A stretch of 64,000 bases of DNA, taken from the NCBI GenBank assembly GCA_946965045.2, contig OX337229.1, positions 2,170,001-2,234,000 of the forward strand, in the 5' to 3' direction. Both the position numbers and the translations under genes were made by a program. The stretch is from Epithemia pelagica (taxonomy: Eukaryota; Protista; Bacillariophyta). The notes below the pieces were generated by a model. That model was not told where the DNA came from and searched no databases. It saw only the letters and a list, made by a program, of their open reading frames with translations. Shown piece by piece: positions 37,601-51,539 of this stretch. Within the stretch, counting starts at the first letter, position 1, and each line of letters opens with the position of its first letter.

Positions 37601-38433
37601 ATGGGTACACGGGGCTAATCTTCGGGAGAAACCACAGCATTGGATAACTTCTTCACAGATGTTGTGGGACCACCTCCCAATGCCATTCCCGCCCTTGGCT
37701 TCATCTCAAACTTTGAGTATGAATCCACCTTGGGCAAAGCGGTGAGCCCCTTCTTGCCCAGAAGGCACGGGGCATAACTGTGTTGGATCAGGCAATGGTT
37801 GACATCATTGCTGATGCAAATGGTCGGGTTGATGCAAATGGTCGGGTTGATGCACCAGAGGATGATGATTATGAAGAGGCAAAGCAACGGGCTTTGGCTA
37901 TTGCTTCATTCATGGCACCAACAAAAACCACAAAGGATATCTCAGCAAACATCTCCGTGACAGTCATCTAGATATCCATGGCAACTACCCCAAGACGGTA
38001 CAAGCCGCCTTCAATAACCTTCAGAGACGTGAGGGGTAGCCTTTGCTCAATCCTCATCCAACGGTCGTGACAAGAGTCAAGTGGTTTGATACAATTGTGG
38101 AGGTCCTGGTTACTTTGCCAGGGACTGTCCAAAACTGAATAATGGCTATGATGGTAACCAAGGAAACAATTTCAATCGTGAGAGCACTAGAATTCATGCG
38201 GTTACATTTTCATTCTCGCAAACAAACACCAGTCATCTCCCCCAGTCAGTTTCTTGTTTTCCTTTGATGAATCCTTGTCTCCCTGTGGACAAGGTTGGCG
38301 GATGCCGGCAGATCCTCTGGTTCCAAATCCTGGCGACGATACCTTCGGATGACTAATCATTGGGATCAACTCTCACGAAGGGAATGAGGCACCAAGTGAA
38401 TCTTTCCTTGATATTTCATCCAAATGTTACATA

Positions 38434-38515
38434 GTCAATGCCTCACATCATTTTTGGCGTGAGCTCACATTATTTTTGGCGTGAGGCCACATTATTTTTG
38501 GCGTGAGGCATTGAC
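38434..38515. repeat. 13-bp inverted repeat enclosing three 22-bp direct repeats
   Basis: GTCAATGCCTCAC / GTGAGGCATTGAC flank (CACATTATTTTTGGCGTGAGGC)x3. Confidence 0.8.
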
Positions 38516-39410
38516 AATGAGAGGCATCTGATTCTAATTTGTTGGTCTTGGGTCATTCCAACCAAGACAAGGCAACACTTGCGAGGCAGACCTTCCCGTG
38601 AAGAAACTCTTTGCTGTACCAGGGTCTTCTTACAAAATTTGTTCAAGGGATGTTTTTTTCTCGCAACAAGGATACTGTTATCAGTCGCTGAGACACAGAC
38701 ACCATGTTGATTTAGATGCTGCTACATGGACCAAAGTTCTTGAGAGGAAGAACCAGAGGATGATCAGGCAGAACCAACAACAATCCAAGAGATGATGCAT
38801 TGTCCTACCAGGAAACTGACCTGTTGCCCCAACCATCTCGCTGGATAGGCAATGATACCAATCACAAATGGTGAGAAGGATTCACTAGGCTATACAGGTG
38901 ATAACCAGAAAGAAGCAGAGGATCCCGTAGGTGATACAGGTAATATCCAGAAAGAAGCAGGGAAACCATAAGCTCTTGAAGAACTGAGCAAATGATCAAT
39001 GAGGTCAAGAAAGAAACCAACATGACCCATATGCTACTTGCTGTCAAAAGTCCAGTTAAGCAAACAAGACCACAAAATGCTCGACCCTATCCTCCTAAAA
39101 TATTTTTGGGAAGCTTTGTACCATGAAGCATCAGGAACAGACGTCGAGTAAACTTCTTCGGATTGGTTGGATCCAGCAAAAGGTCGACCAAAATGTTGAG
39201 GTCTTCATGGTCCTTGAGAGAGGTGAGGACCTCAGGTAAGGACCTCACCTTGTCTTTCTCGTATGCCTTTGTATTCAACAACAAGTTTCTCAACTATTTT
39301 GTGTTTGGTCTTGGATCGATGTATCAACTTTCCCAAGCCGGTCGATTTATCTTCCCAAAGCTGGGATTCGGTGTCTCTCTGTCGCACATCGTGGTGCTGA
39401 CTTAAATCTC

Positions 39411-39610
39411 CTTATTAAGTCAGAGACTTAAGTCAAACTTTTTTCCTGCAATAAGTCAATTCCTTAACTTGGATTCTTCCCCACAAAAACATCTCCTACA
39501 ACCAAATCATGGTGCTTACTAAGTCAGAGACTTAAGTCAAACTTTTTTCCTGCACTAAGTCAATTCCTTAACTTGGATTCTTCCCCACAAAAACAGCTCC
39601 TACAACCAGT
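39411..39610. repeat. Tandem duplication, period 104 bp, ~2 copies
   Basis: CTTA(T/C)TAAGTCAGAGACTTAAGTC at 39411 and 39515. Confidence 0.9.
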
Positions 39611-41589
39611 TGTTGAAAAAGACCTGTGTCATTCCATTCCAAGAGAATGGGTCTGAAGAAAAAGATAAAATAATTCTATTATTCATGTACATTCTGTTAT
39701 CACAATGTCAGGCTGAATGCATGCTGCAGGTATTTGAGAACTCGGATTAATTTTCTGCGGACGTCAACGTCTGGTGCCGCCACTCGTGTACTCAAGAAGG
39801 AGACTGCTGTTCTCACATCTGGTCACCCTCTTTGAGCAAGGTAAGCCAGTTGCATTGTCAGACTTTGGAACTCCTCCGCCTGGGCCTCACTCAGATTTGT
39901 TGCATTCTCTCCAATGAGACTCAGGTGATTCGCTGCCAGTGACTGAGCTTTTTCTTTCATGTGCTCAGGAAGATCGTTGAGGATTGTTAGATGGATTCCT
40001 ACCCTGAAAGCTTGCGTGCAGCGAAGCAACTTCAACAAGACATCATCAACAACAATAACCAGCGAATTGAAAAAGTATGGTTGAAGATGATGGTAGTTAA
40101 GAAGAAGACAATATACTAGATATAGATGTGATGCCAGCGCCTAACATATGAGCAACTCTGTGAACGACAACCAAGCTGCAATTACACCAGAGTATTGAGC
40201 TGCAATTACACCAGAGTATTGGTACTTTGTCAACAATTTACCAAGTGTGACTATATTGGATTTTGGGATGCATGCTGTTGGAGCCCCCTGGTCCATATGG
40301 TCTGGTCAAAAGTTATGTTGGTGCCTGCCAGATGTCATGATAGATGGTAGCGAATGGAATCTCTTGCCCACATAGGGTGAAGCCACTGTGGACACATAAT
40401 CAGCTTTGTCACAAGTTGTACAACAAGACACTAATCATCTGTGAGACAAACGCCGCCATCCACCCCATACCTGTTTGTATCGGTGGTTGATTTGCAATAT
40501 ACAAATCGACCCACCATCGGTCATAAGTCAATGTGTCTCAAATCTGCCCCAACATATCAAAAATGACTTTAATACCCATATTTTTATATTACTCCCTATA
40601 TTTTGTAGTTTTTTTTGCACCCATCATATCCGGAATTATCTTTTTACTTGCCAGGTTCTCCAACAGGACTGAAAGGACAGGGTGTACAGTATGCTTTTCT
40701 GAAGCAGTCTGATTCCACAGATTTCCACCGAGTGGCATACATTTTTTGACTATAGACTTCTGGGAAGTACCATATTCAACTCCAGCATCACCTGTATTCC
40801 AAGTCATATCAGTTCAATTTCAGTACATATTGGCTACCCCAATGTTACATCATCATATTGTACCTCCAGTGGTTTTATCAGTATAACAAAGAAGGACAGC
40901 AACAAGAAGTTGTGTTAGAGTCACTGACACACTACTGATGTGTCAAGGTACATCTTGTCCCATATCAACAATGCACATAACAACTTCAGAGTTAGTAATA
41001 TTTAGAACAAAAGAAGTCTGTGGCTGTGGTGTGATCAGTCTCAGCACCAACTTCTTCCCCTAGGAGTTCCAACTCTTTCCCATCACAATGCTCCATCATT
41101 ATACATCTACCCATTGTCTCTTCCAATTTCTCCATTGAACCCTGGACCTATCATTCTTGTCCCCATTTACTCACCAAAAAAGCACTAGTCTGCTTATTAA
41201 TTACATTAGACCATACTAGCCAGACAGTGTGTTGGGAAAATGATATATCAGCCATAGTATATTAGTGGATGGAATCTTGGATGTATATTGATCATGCACA
41301 ACAAACTGAATTCCAAATCAGTGTAAACTGGGAATGAGTGATTCATTCTGAATGATATGGTTGAAAATACAATTATCCAACCCAATGAAATCACCCCAAA
41401 CATTGGCTACTGGAAAACTTCTCACCTTGCTTCTGGACACTTTCCCAACTCTACAACAATTTGAATCTTAAACCATGTCATCCACAGAGACTTCATCCAC
41501 ATCACCACTCCTGGGTACCTGTCCTGTCTATTCCACTCCAATACTGTCACCAACTGCAATGGGAAGATATGAGTACATTTTCTGCCCAA

Positions 41590-41816
41590 GAGGCAGCCCA
41601 AAACACTGTTCACTTCCTCTCTGGCATATAATCCACAAGGGATGGTCTCAGCATTGTGCTTTCAGTAATATAGTTCCTTCAAACTTCCTGCATCACTACA
41701 AGGTGTTTTGTTTTACTGTGAAACAGTGGTGCTATACACTGATGTACCCAAGGTTTAGTGAAAATGAAGATGAATTTCAAGTATCCAAGGCCTTGCTGCT
41801 AGCATACGCTCATTAA
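41590..41816 (+). pseudogene. MULE transposase fragment related to 45916-49900
   Basis: WHIIHKGWSQHC...TVKQWCYTLMY...SKALLLAY parallels WHIIHKGWSRHC...TVKQWCYTFMY...SKSLLLAY. Confidence 0.85.
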
Positions 41817-43086
41817 AGACATGTTCAAAAATCTCAAGGAGCTTGATCTACTCAGTTGCCTAAAGCTGATCCTAGTCTTTGAGTAAGTTGGACTAAAGTT
41901 TTCTAAAGTGGTTCTGAGCCCAAGTTAACGGCCTAGCAAAGCCTACGCTATCTTGTTTACGAGGTGAAGAAAGAGTCCATCATTCTTGTCATCATTCTTG
42001 TGGACGACATCTCCCCTACCAGCGCTAGAAGCTACACCTTCATTGAGAACTGGGAACTATTGATATTCCACCTACGGTCCCGCAGTGGAACCTCCCCAAG
42101 GTGTAAACGATCCCACTGACCCAACCAACGGTTCAGCTGATCCACCCCCTACTCGAGATCCAACAATTGACAACAATCGTTTTGGAAGCTTCTTTTCGGT
42201 GATGACTTCGAAGGACAGTTGGGGCTGTATCATTTTTTACAGCATATCATCAGACAATGAGATAGGGGCATCACCCGTACCACAAAGCCTTGACTGAACT
42301 TCTCCAATGTATGTACAGCTTCGAAGCAGAATCCTTGAATACTTTGAAGTCTGGCAAAATGGCTGTGATTGAGTTGCATACACCATGTTGGAAATCATGG
42401 AGATGCAAGGCACACCCAAATTCTGATGCCGGTTTTGGAAGTATGTCATGAAAGACATACCCTCACCCCCCCCCCCCCCCCCCCCCACACTGTCATTGAA
42501 CACAATCTTCAAAATGGATCCATCAGTATAAGGGGAACGAAGATCCTTGTACCGGAAAGAAATTCTTCACACCAAGATGGCTGTCGTGGAGCAAATGAAG
42601 AATGCTGTGTATATCCAATACACAGTACTGAAGGATGTGTACAGGGTTGATTTCATCTCTAGGATACCGGAGTTCTGGGTAATCCAAATGGAAACCCAAC
42701 CAAATGGTAACCCAAACGAACAATTTTTGTTTGAATGCCATGACAAGACTCCCAGTCGTGTTGATCAATTTTGAATATGTAGCAAGTGATGGAAAATCAT
42801 CTTCAACAGAGTGGTGTCGTGAGAAGAATGAGGGGGCTGGGAACTTAGAGTTTGGAACCAACCACAAATGCCGGTGATGAGATCAGAGAAGACATTGGTA
42901 GCGATGAAAAATATACCAATTGGTAACACATTATGTTGTTCTGTGAGAGGATGAGCAGAAAGCAACAACCACGTTGAAGAAACGCTTGAGTCTGAAGAAA
43001 GAGTAAGCGTAAGAACACCCACATGAGCTGCATTTAGTTTTGAATTCCGTAAGTGTGGGAGAGAAGATCGTCCAGAGGACGGGGAA

Positions 43087-43500
43087 GTGTCACAGATTCC
43101 GAGCAAGGGGTTGGATTTTGAAGGAAGGACCATCTGGATGCCCCCCACAGTAATTACCACCGAGACAATATTTGAATATGACCCGGTGGCACATGCTTCT
43201 TTATGGGATGTTGGTGATTGTGAACCATACATAGATTTCCTGTTTCTATTTGATAGACTGCTGCGTTTTAATAGTTAGGTTTGCATGGATACATTTTGGG
43301 AAAGTGATTCGGATTGTGATAAAGCAAAAGCCACTTCCACGGCTTCCTTGGAATCAGCTCATACCATGATGGATGGTATTAAAAGATATGCTACAAGGTA
43401 AGGTAAGAAAGGAAAATTGATTACCAATGGTTGGATGATACCCAAGTACCACAATCTGATACACATTGTAAAACAGATACAAAACTTTGGTCGCGCAAGG
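43087..43500 (+). pseudogene. Plavaka-like transposase fragment
   Basis: FLFLFDRLLRF..FW...NGWMIPKYHNLIHIVKQIQNFG resembles the PKxH..H....FG motif. Confidence 0.55.
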
Positions 43501-43899
43501 CTAGCGTGTGTTTTTCCAAATGCGACGAAGGATGATATCCACAGTACGCAAGTTCTCAGCCAAGGCGTGGTGGTATCATATGCTTACCTGTAATTTGTTT
43601 GATAAGAAGGAAGGCCCAACGGGTGACATCCTATTTGTCAAAATTTCACAGCGTTAATAGCGCTAACAGCAATATTGCTGCAACCCGTTGTGCTCGTCGA
43701 TAAGTTTCCCTCCTTGGTATCCCTGAGGCTGGACACATCTTCTGTTCTTCCCGACATACGGGGCATTTGTAGTTGACATCCCTTGGTTGAAACGAGTGAT
43801 CGCATAGTGCGACTTGTTGTATTCGGACTGTGACATATAGTGATTAGACTAGGTTAGCTAGGCAGATCAACCGATGCACTCAAGAAAGGAGACCTTTGT

Positions 43900-44430
43900 T
43901 TGGCCTGGATGAAACTCGAGAAGAAGCAAAGACAAGGTCAATCTCTTCGATCCCTTCCATCAGAACACCCTGGATGATCCAAGGACTGGATCACTCACTG
44001 AGCTGACAAAGCAGAGGCGTGAGTTGAAGGATATTGGGCATAATGGATATTGGGCATAATATGGATGACGACACGTTCCTGATCCACGTCATGATGTCCC
44101 TACCGAAGGAGTACCACAAAGTTGTACGAGACATGAAAAAGTTAGTGATGTCTGGGAATTTGACTGGGGAAGAGACAACCAGTTTGCCTTCAGATCAATA
44201 CAGTATTCTGAAGAAGGAGAACAATTGGGATGCGTCAGAAACTGCACTAACAATCGAAGTCAGGGCAACAATCGTCAACAACAAAACTTACACTAAGAAG
44301 AAGTATAAAGGGATATGATGTCCTCACTGTGGCAAAATGGGTCACAAAGGAGCTGATTGTTGGACAAGAGAAGAAAACAAGACCAAGAGGCCCAGCAATT
44401 ATAAGGCAAAAGGACAGAGGTCCGCGCATA
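43900..44430 (+). pseudogene. Copia gag relic with zinc knuckle
   Basis: DDDTFLIHVMMSLPKEY; CPHCGKMGHKGADC. Confidence 0.8.
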
Positions 44431-44695
44431 CCAACACTGGTGGCACCAACAGAGTAGGAATCTCCAAAATTTAGGTACAAATAGTAAAATGAGGGGTTTC
44501 TGACTGCTTCTCGGTAAGGCCGGCATATCCCATTAGACGTCCACAAAATACTGGACAGACGCACAGACTAATCCCGAACTCTAATACATCTCGTGTGTGA
44601 CACGTGTAGATCTAGGCTGGCTTGACCTGAGTGATCAACCGTCACAAGTTGAAGGCTTGAGCATTAGATCGTTGTACTCCCAAGATTCTTTTTTC

Positions 44696-45818
44696 ATGAA
44701 AAACTCACCCACGAAACGCAGCAGAACAGAGCAAGACAATAAGGCCACCCATCTTTCTTCAGTCATCCATTGTTTCAAATCTAAGAAAAGTTCCTCACAA
44801 CGGACACAGGCTGCCTTGTGTATATTGGAGGCTGGTGGTAAACCACCTCCTTCCTCATCTAAGCGTTTCAGACGACATCAAAACAAACGAAGGAAGGAAA
44901 AAAAAGATTCAAAATCTCTTCCAAGTTCCAGATGTGCCAAGCTCCTTCAAATGGAAGAAATCGACGTTGGAAAAGAAAATGATTGCCTTCCATGATGAAC
45001 ATTTGGCAGATGACACGAAGAACAAAGGCTCCAATAATCAACCATTCTTTTCCCCACTTGCAGAATTGGTTACAACGGATGTGGGAAGGGCCGGAGCCAT
45101 ATTTCAAACGGACGATTTAACACTGCCTGTTTATGTCAAGACGCCTATGAGTGAAATGACAACACCACTTATCCAGAAGAAGATCCTGTGCATATTTGAG
45201 AAATTTGAGGATGAATACAAGACTCCCCAACAAAGAGGTCAATCCCGCTGCATCGGATTGGAGTCCCACAACTTGTCATATATCACAATTGGTAAACATG
45301 CCAATCGTGGAGGAAAAGGCATCGTCAATTTGAAAATGAAACTTCTACATTGGTGAGAAAAGGAAACCCTGATTCGGTTTGTACGACAAGTGGAAGAATG
45401 CTTCTGTCAATGGGTCGACTCCTCCTTTTTAATTGGCTTTTCCATGATAAAGGCAATCCAGGAAATCGAAAGTCTCTCTTTTGAAGGCAAAGAATCAACC
45501 TTTTTCTCTTCCATTGCTTTTGGAAAGAATGTTTTCCTTCCAGCCCATACAGACAACGATTTCTTTTATTCTGTTGTCATGGCACTCGCGAGAGAGCCCG
45601 AGAAGACAGGTGACGACATCCTATGCTACTTTGTTTTCCCAGAGCATGGGCAGAAAGTTCCAATGAGAAATCTTGACTTTCTCATATTCAATCCACAAGT
45701 GTACCATTGTGTTTCGAAAAGGGTAACCCACGACAATGTTTATTGTGCCTCATTTTACATCAAAACTGCAGTCGTTGGGAAGAACGACCTTGAACAATGT
45801 ATCTGTAATAACTATTAG
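44696..45818 (+). pseudogene. TET/JBP-like 2OG-Fe(II) dioxygenase
   Basis: AHTDNDFFYS (HxD), YFVFPEHG...DFLIFNPQVYHCVSKR (H), SFYIK; one frameshift (~44900-44990) and an in-frame TGA at 45354. Confidence 0.62.
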
Positions 45819-45915
45819 AACTAGTATCTAACACTATCGTTTCATAGGGCAACCAATATCTCCTAGTGAGCGTTTAGTAACTGGGGAGCATGTTTTCTCA
45901 TATATTATGTTGTTC

Positions 45916-48900
45916 TCAATCAAACTGCGTAAGTCCCAGTTTTGCTCCACGGAATCTTCGACAGTGACGGGAATGCTCCGAATTTGATGAAACCCATTCT
46001 TGGCCATGATTATGGTTACTTCTTTGTGCCATGTCCTTGCGAATAGATCTTGTAAGTTCACATATGCTGGCAACTGGCTTCATCAAATCCACTGCGTTGT
46101 TATTATAGTTTGCTGAACAAAACATCTTCTTAAGGTCAGTGATTTCTTCCATCATTAATTTGATAAATGAGCTTGGTACCAGAGTCTCTCCGTATTCTTC
46201 ATCGCATTTCTCGTGAACATTATTGTCGAAAACATCACTGGACGTTTCATCAACTACAAGGTCAGCAGATATTTCATCATTGTTTATCTTGTTTCTGTTT
46301 TGACTGTCATCATCATTAGGATAAGGATTGTCAACAACACCAGGAATAGTTGGCATTGAAGTACCATACCGAGGACCAATATCCTCAGGAGCTACAAAAG
46401 ATTCTTGTGTTAGAGTTTCATGATTCGCCATTTCAATAGGATTCTCTGGTAGCAAGAATTCTTGAAACGTATCTCCGGCTCTCTTGATTTGTTCATCGGA
46501 ATAGTTCATGCACTGTTTTTGTCGTTCTTCTATCCAATCCGGAATATGACCTGTCTCCGGACAGTAGCTCCACAACTCCTTCTCATTCCACAACCTGCCT
46601 GTTTGTATAGGGAATTTGGGGCCACTGATGTCATTGGTCAAAAGCTCTTTTAACATGTCGTTCACCGTATTGTCAGTACTTTCATTTGTTGATCGAAAAG
46701 CAAAGAAAATATACTTTTCCACCAAACCACACTCACATCATGGTGTGAGAATCCGTTATACTCGTTGCACTCAAAACTCAAGACTGCCGCTTGATGAGAA
46801 TATGGATATCCACATCGCTGGAACGTCGAACAAGGCACAGCAGTCTACCAGTCTCATCCAGTGTGACCGTCTGTGTTCGATGCCAAACAGGATAGAGGCG
46901 TTTCCTTTCTGTTTCCAAAACTGTCTGTTCCACATTGACCACATCCCATGACCATGGAGACTGTGGTTGTCGTCGTATGGCATATTTGATCCTGTTGTCC
47001 CAAGCCTTATTCACTATATCATGGCACAATTCAGTTACCATTCCATTTAAAGGAAGTCCCGTCTGCTTCATCCAAACAGATTTTGATTCCACTCGACTGG
47101 CCGCTAGTCTGATCTGAGAGTTGATAGTGACATCTGATTGGAACTTCCCGTCTGCTTCATCCAAACAGATTTCGATTCCACTCGACTGGCCGCTAGTCTT
47201 ATCTGAGAGTTGATAGTGACATCTGATTGGAACTTCCCGTCTGCTTCATCCAAACAGATTTCGATTCCACTCGACTGGCCGCTAGTCTGATCTGAGAGTT
47301 GATAGTGACATCTGATTGGAACTTCCCGTCTGCTTCATCCAAACAGATTTCGATTCCACTCGACTGGCCGCTAGTCTTATCTGAGAGTTGATAGTGACAT
47401 CTGATTGGAACTTCAATATGGCAGCATCAGCTTGCACAGTTCCACCCGGAACAACTGCAGCAGAATGTTCCTTCATACCACAATTTGTCCCTTCAGGACT
47501 GCTGTTTGTACATTCATCATAATGTCAAAGATTCTTACGGTAACAATGGACAAGATGTCGGTCATGTATAAAAACATATCCTGTTAGGAAACGTAGAATT
47601 TTCCATTTCTGGAATGAATATAGGCCAGTAGTAATGACTTTGATGTAATCAATTCGTCTTGAGTCTCGCAATACCTGCGGTACATGAAAGTATAACACCA
47701 CTGTTTGACAGTGTACCCAAAGAGTTTGTACTCCCGACTATAGTTTGTATCAATTGCATTACCAAAAGAGCAATGCCGTGACCAACCTTTATGGATGATG
47801 TGCCATCCACATCAAAGACGAACACAATTTGGCATGAACCGTCTACAAGCTTCTTCAACTTCGGTGATTTCATGCGAATCTCCATCAGTGATTATCGCTT
47901 TTATCTCATTAACCCATTCCCCACTAAGAAGCTTTGGCAAAGCCCAGGAGAAAACCCATCGAAATGTCGCTTGTTTTTGATCACGCAAGAACATTTGCAG
48001 TATAATGATGTATTTTCCAAAGGATGTGCGAATTGAGGCCGTTAGAAGAGGTCTAGATTCCTTGTTGGTTCCTTCAGTAACATCCATCTTGAGAACATGA
48101 GGAAATAAGCGGAACATACGCTTCTCCTTGTTTGTGATCCAAGCACATGCGATGAAGAAATTTTGGTCTGGTTGGATTTCCAATGTATCCATATCTGTGG
48201 AGTATTCATCAAGAATTTCTGCACAAAAGGCAGTCATGTCAGTGACATCTCGTTTCCCATCATCATATTGGTTCTCACTGAATATCATACCAGCTTGACG
48301 CTGGAGTCTTGCATTTATTAGGTTCCCCCCCCCCCAAAATACAGTAACTCAATTCAGGAGTTGACCGTAACCATTCCACCACAGCTTCTGCACCGACTTT
48401 AATTCCCTTGTAGTGATATTTAGATTCTGATGCCATAGTACAAAATGCCCACCACGTTTGCTCGGGTGTGAGTGTAATGTCATGAATCGCGTGGAAGAAG
48501 TTGCATCCCAAAGCAGGTCCAGTGTTTGCCTTGCCAAGCTCAGCTGCCCTTTTGCGCTGTTCACGTGTTAGATGTCGAAGTTTGGTTAGAATGTCTGTTG
48601 CCATCCGTTTGAAATGGTTACAATGTGTTAATGACCCTGAGCTACATTTTAATATATCGATGTAGATGTCAAATCGGAATGAGCATGTATCTTCGTTTTT
48701 GAGTGCGCGATTCGTAACAACCTTCCGTGGACCCTTTTTCCCATCAATTCCCCTGCTGTTGCCTCTTTTGTCATTGTGTAACGAGATGTTCCGGTGTTCC
48801 ACTTCAATGCTATTCCCTGGAGGCTGTTTACGCTTCTTGTTGTACCGTCAGTAGCGGTCACACATGAATGTTCTTGACATGTATGGAGGTTCACTTCCCA

Positions 48901-49900
48901 TTGGAAAAGCCTTACGATTAGCCAATGACTTCTTGTTTGTGTTACCATTCATTACAATAGAAAAACCATTCGCAATGGCAGCTCTGGAAATACAGGCTCG
49001 TAACATTGAAAAAGACCCTTGTTCATCAAAAACAGTGCTGGGGTTGGTACAAGGAGGCAATTCATTTCTGTTGAAATATGCGTAGTAGCCTTTGATGTGG
49101 TCTGCTTGAGGGAGCCATCCAATGAACGCGCAAATGTCGACGTCCATTGTTGTCGCAGTTGAAATACAGTCATCTCCAGTGTGCATTGGGAATGTCATAG
49201 GTGAGACCCATTCTGTTTCTAAGGAGTTAAAGTATCGGTCCAATTCATATTGAATTCTGTCATGAAGATTTGTATAATCGTTACTGATCGTTCGAAGTGT
49301 CGTTGATTTTTTTTGCTCATTTAATTTTTTGACGTATAATTGGAGTACTTTCATTTCTTTAATCAAATTTAGGACAATAGTAGAAGCGTCCTTGATGGTA
49401 GCAGACATGTCCATAGTATTATTTGTTTCCCTTGTTGCTTCCAATCGTGATCTGTTAGGAATCTTATGGACTTCCAGAATATGTGTCTCACTGGTAACCT
49501 GTTCAGAATTCTCCAGTTCTTGGTTGTCTGAAACGTTTCGAGGGCAAGTGATGACAGTAGCTTCCTGACCGACGGGCTCACCTACTGGGTCCCGGTAGGA
49601 CTCAATTTCTGGACTGGTATTAAATGTGGGTGGATCGGTGTTAATGAATGAATTTGATTGGACAAAGGTTTTGTAAAATGTGTTTCCTTGAAGTACTTGT
49701 GCCACTTCTTCGACATCACTTGGTACACGCAAATTAACCGGTAAGAAAGAAACTTTCTGACCGTCCATGATTTGACCCTTGACACGTCCTTTCTTCTTAT
49801 TGGGAACGGGAACACGAGTGACCCACCCAACGTGGTCCTTGTGTAAAAGTGATGGTAGCAAACTGACCAACCCTCCATTTGGAATTACGGGGCAAATCAA
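45916..49900 (-). pseudogene. MULE (Mutator) transposase with SWIM finger, decayed
   Basis: MDVTEGTNKESRP, IITDGD, L*CGWH, LLC/CSTFQRCGYPYSH (SWIM, frameshifted); several stops and a repeat expansion. Confidence 0.88.
47058..47413. repeat. 89-bp unit x4 inside the MULE ORF, ABAB variant order
   Basis: Starts 47058, 47147, 47236, 47325; CTGATC / CTTATC alternate. Confidence 0.95.
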
Positions 49901-51539
49901 TCAAGCTGATGTTGGTATTAATTTTGATATCATTCCCAAATTAAAAATATAACATTTACAAAGTGGAGGACATTAACGAAGTGGAGGACATCTGAGAGTC
50001 CTCCTCATTCTTATATAATATAAGAGTTCTTTGTTCTCATTCATGTAGAGTATAAAACTGTTCCTAGCCTTGCCAACTACTTGCCATTTCTGAGAATACA
50101 CTACCACACGATCAATATAAGACCCACCTTCAACTATATAGGCGACCTCTCTATTAAAATTATCGGAATCTTCTTTTCAGTCGTGGAATCCAAACTCGTT
50201 TCAATTGCATGTGGTTTGAAAGAAAAAACAGGATGAAGAAACAGATGGTCTTCATTGATCTTTGCAAACTCTTTGATGCCGGTGAACTGAAAGTGGAAGT
50301 GATGGTTTCAAACACCACAATGACTAAGAAAAAGACTACGAAACCTAGACCAATGGAGAGGGAAGAAAAACGAAAGGACGATCAGGACAACGAACGTGTC
50401 ATTTTGGAAGTGGAGGAAGGAGAGGTCTTGAAACAGAAAGCAAGTCAAGTAACAACCAACATGTTGCCAAATGCAACAGAGAAGAGAGTGGAAGGGAATG
50501 ACGAGAGGAAAAGGAAAGCTTCACAAACTTTGGAAGGAATGATGAATGGTTCATATTAAGCAGTAAGATGTGAAGTATCAACAAGACTTCTACTTATTCT
50601 ACTTTGTAGAGACAAAAGCGCAACATTCTGTCATCCAAAGCCAGCAAAACTCTCTGTACATCCACAAGAGAGAAGAGAGCATACAAGAGTATACAATAGT
50701 ATAATGCAACACTTGGGAGCATATCATTGAATACATATACTGAGAAAGACACTTGCGATGGAAAATGTTGGGTGGTGGATCAGTCTCAACCAGGGGCACG
50801 GGCAGGAAAGACAAATGTTACGCAAACCCGCCCAACAAGCAAAAAGGTGCTCACAATCCACCAAATGCCCCCAGCAATTCGTCTTGCAATAAAGGCTCTA
50901 CACTCGAAGCATGACGAGAGCTTACGAGTGGGCCTGGGCAAAATCCTGCTTCTCGACAACACTGGATTTGGGCTTCCCCCAAATGTCGGTGGTGGTGTCC
51001 GGGCTCAACAATACGGTGCACCTGCTCGACTTTGCGATATTTGGAGATCGATCTTGTTCAGATCACCCTTTGCAAGATACTTCTGGAGAATGTCGTTATC
51101 CAGGTAAATCTTCCATCATCCAATTCTGTGGAGTTCTCTGTCTTCTCCGAGATCGGCACTGATCTCTTCAACGACCTAGCCAATTTTTCCCAATTGGACA
51201 CCCGACATTTGATAATTGAACTCATGAGATCCCTTGAATCATGGTTTTATTCAGGGCTCTACAGAGCAGTTGCTTGATTATTGAAACTTATGAAAGGGTA
51301 CTTTTGGACACTGTACAAAATCATTTGATGAGTTCCCAAGAGAGATGATCAACAGAACCTGGCTTGCTTTGCAATCATGTTTGCTAAATGACGCAGATAG
51401 TTTTGTCAGTGGCACTCCTGGTGTCCCTATAGAAATCCAATATGACAATGGAAGTCACACCCTCCTCAGCAATGGTCCTGACATCAAATCCTTCATCATA
51501 CTACTTATTTCCTTGAAGGAGACATTTTATAATGAATAA

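Noticed and set aside
42466-42486. C21 homopolymer as a functional site
   Set aside because: Isolated run inside a relic; no supporting context and length is error-prone.
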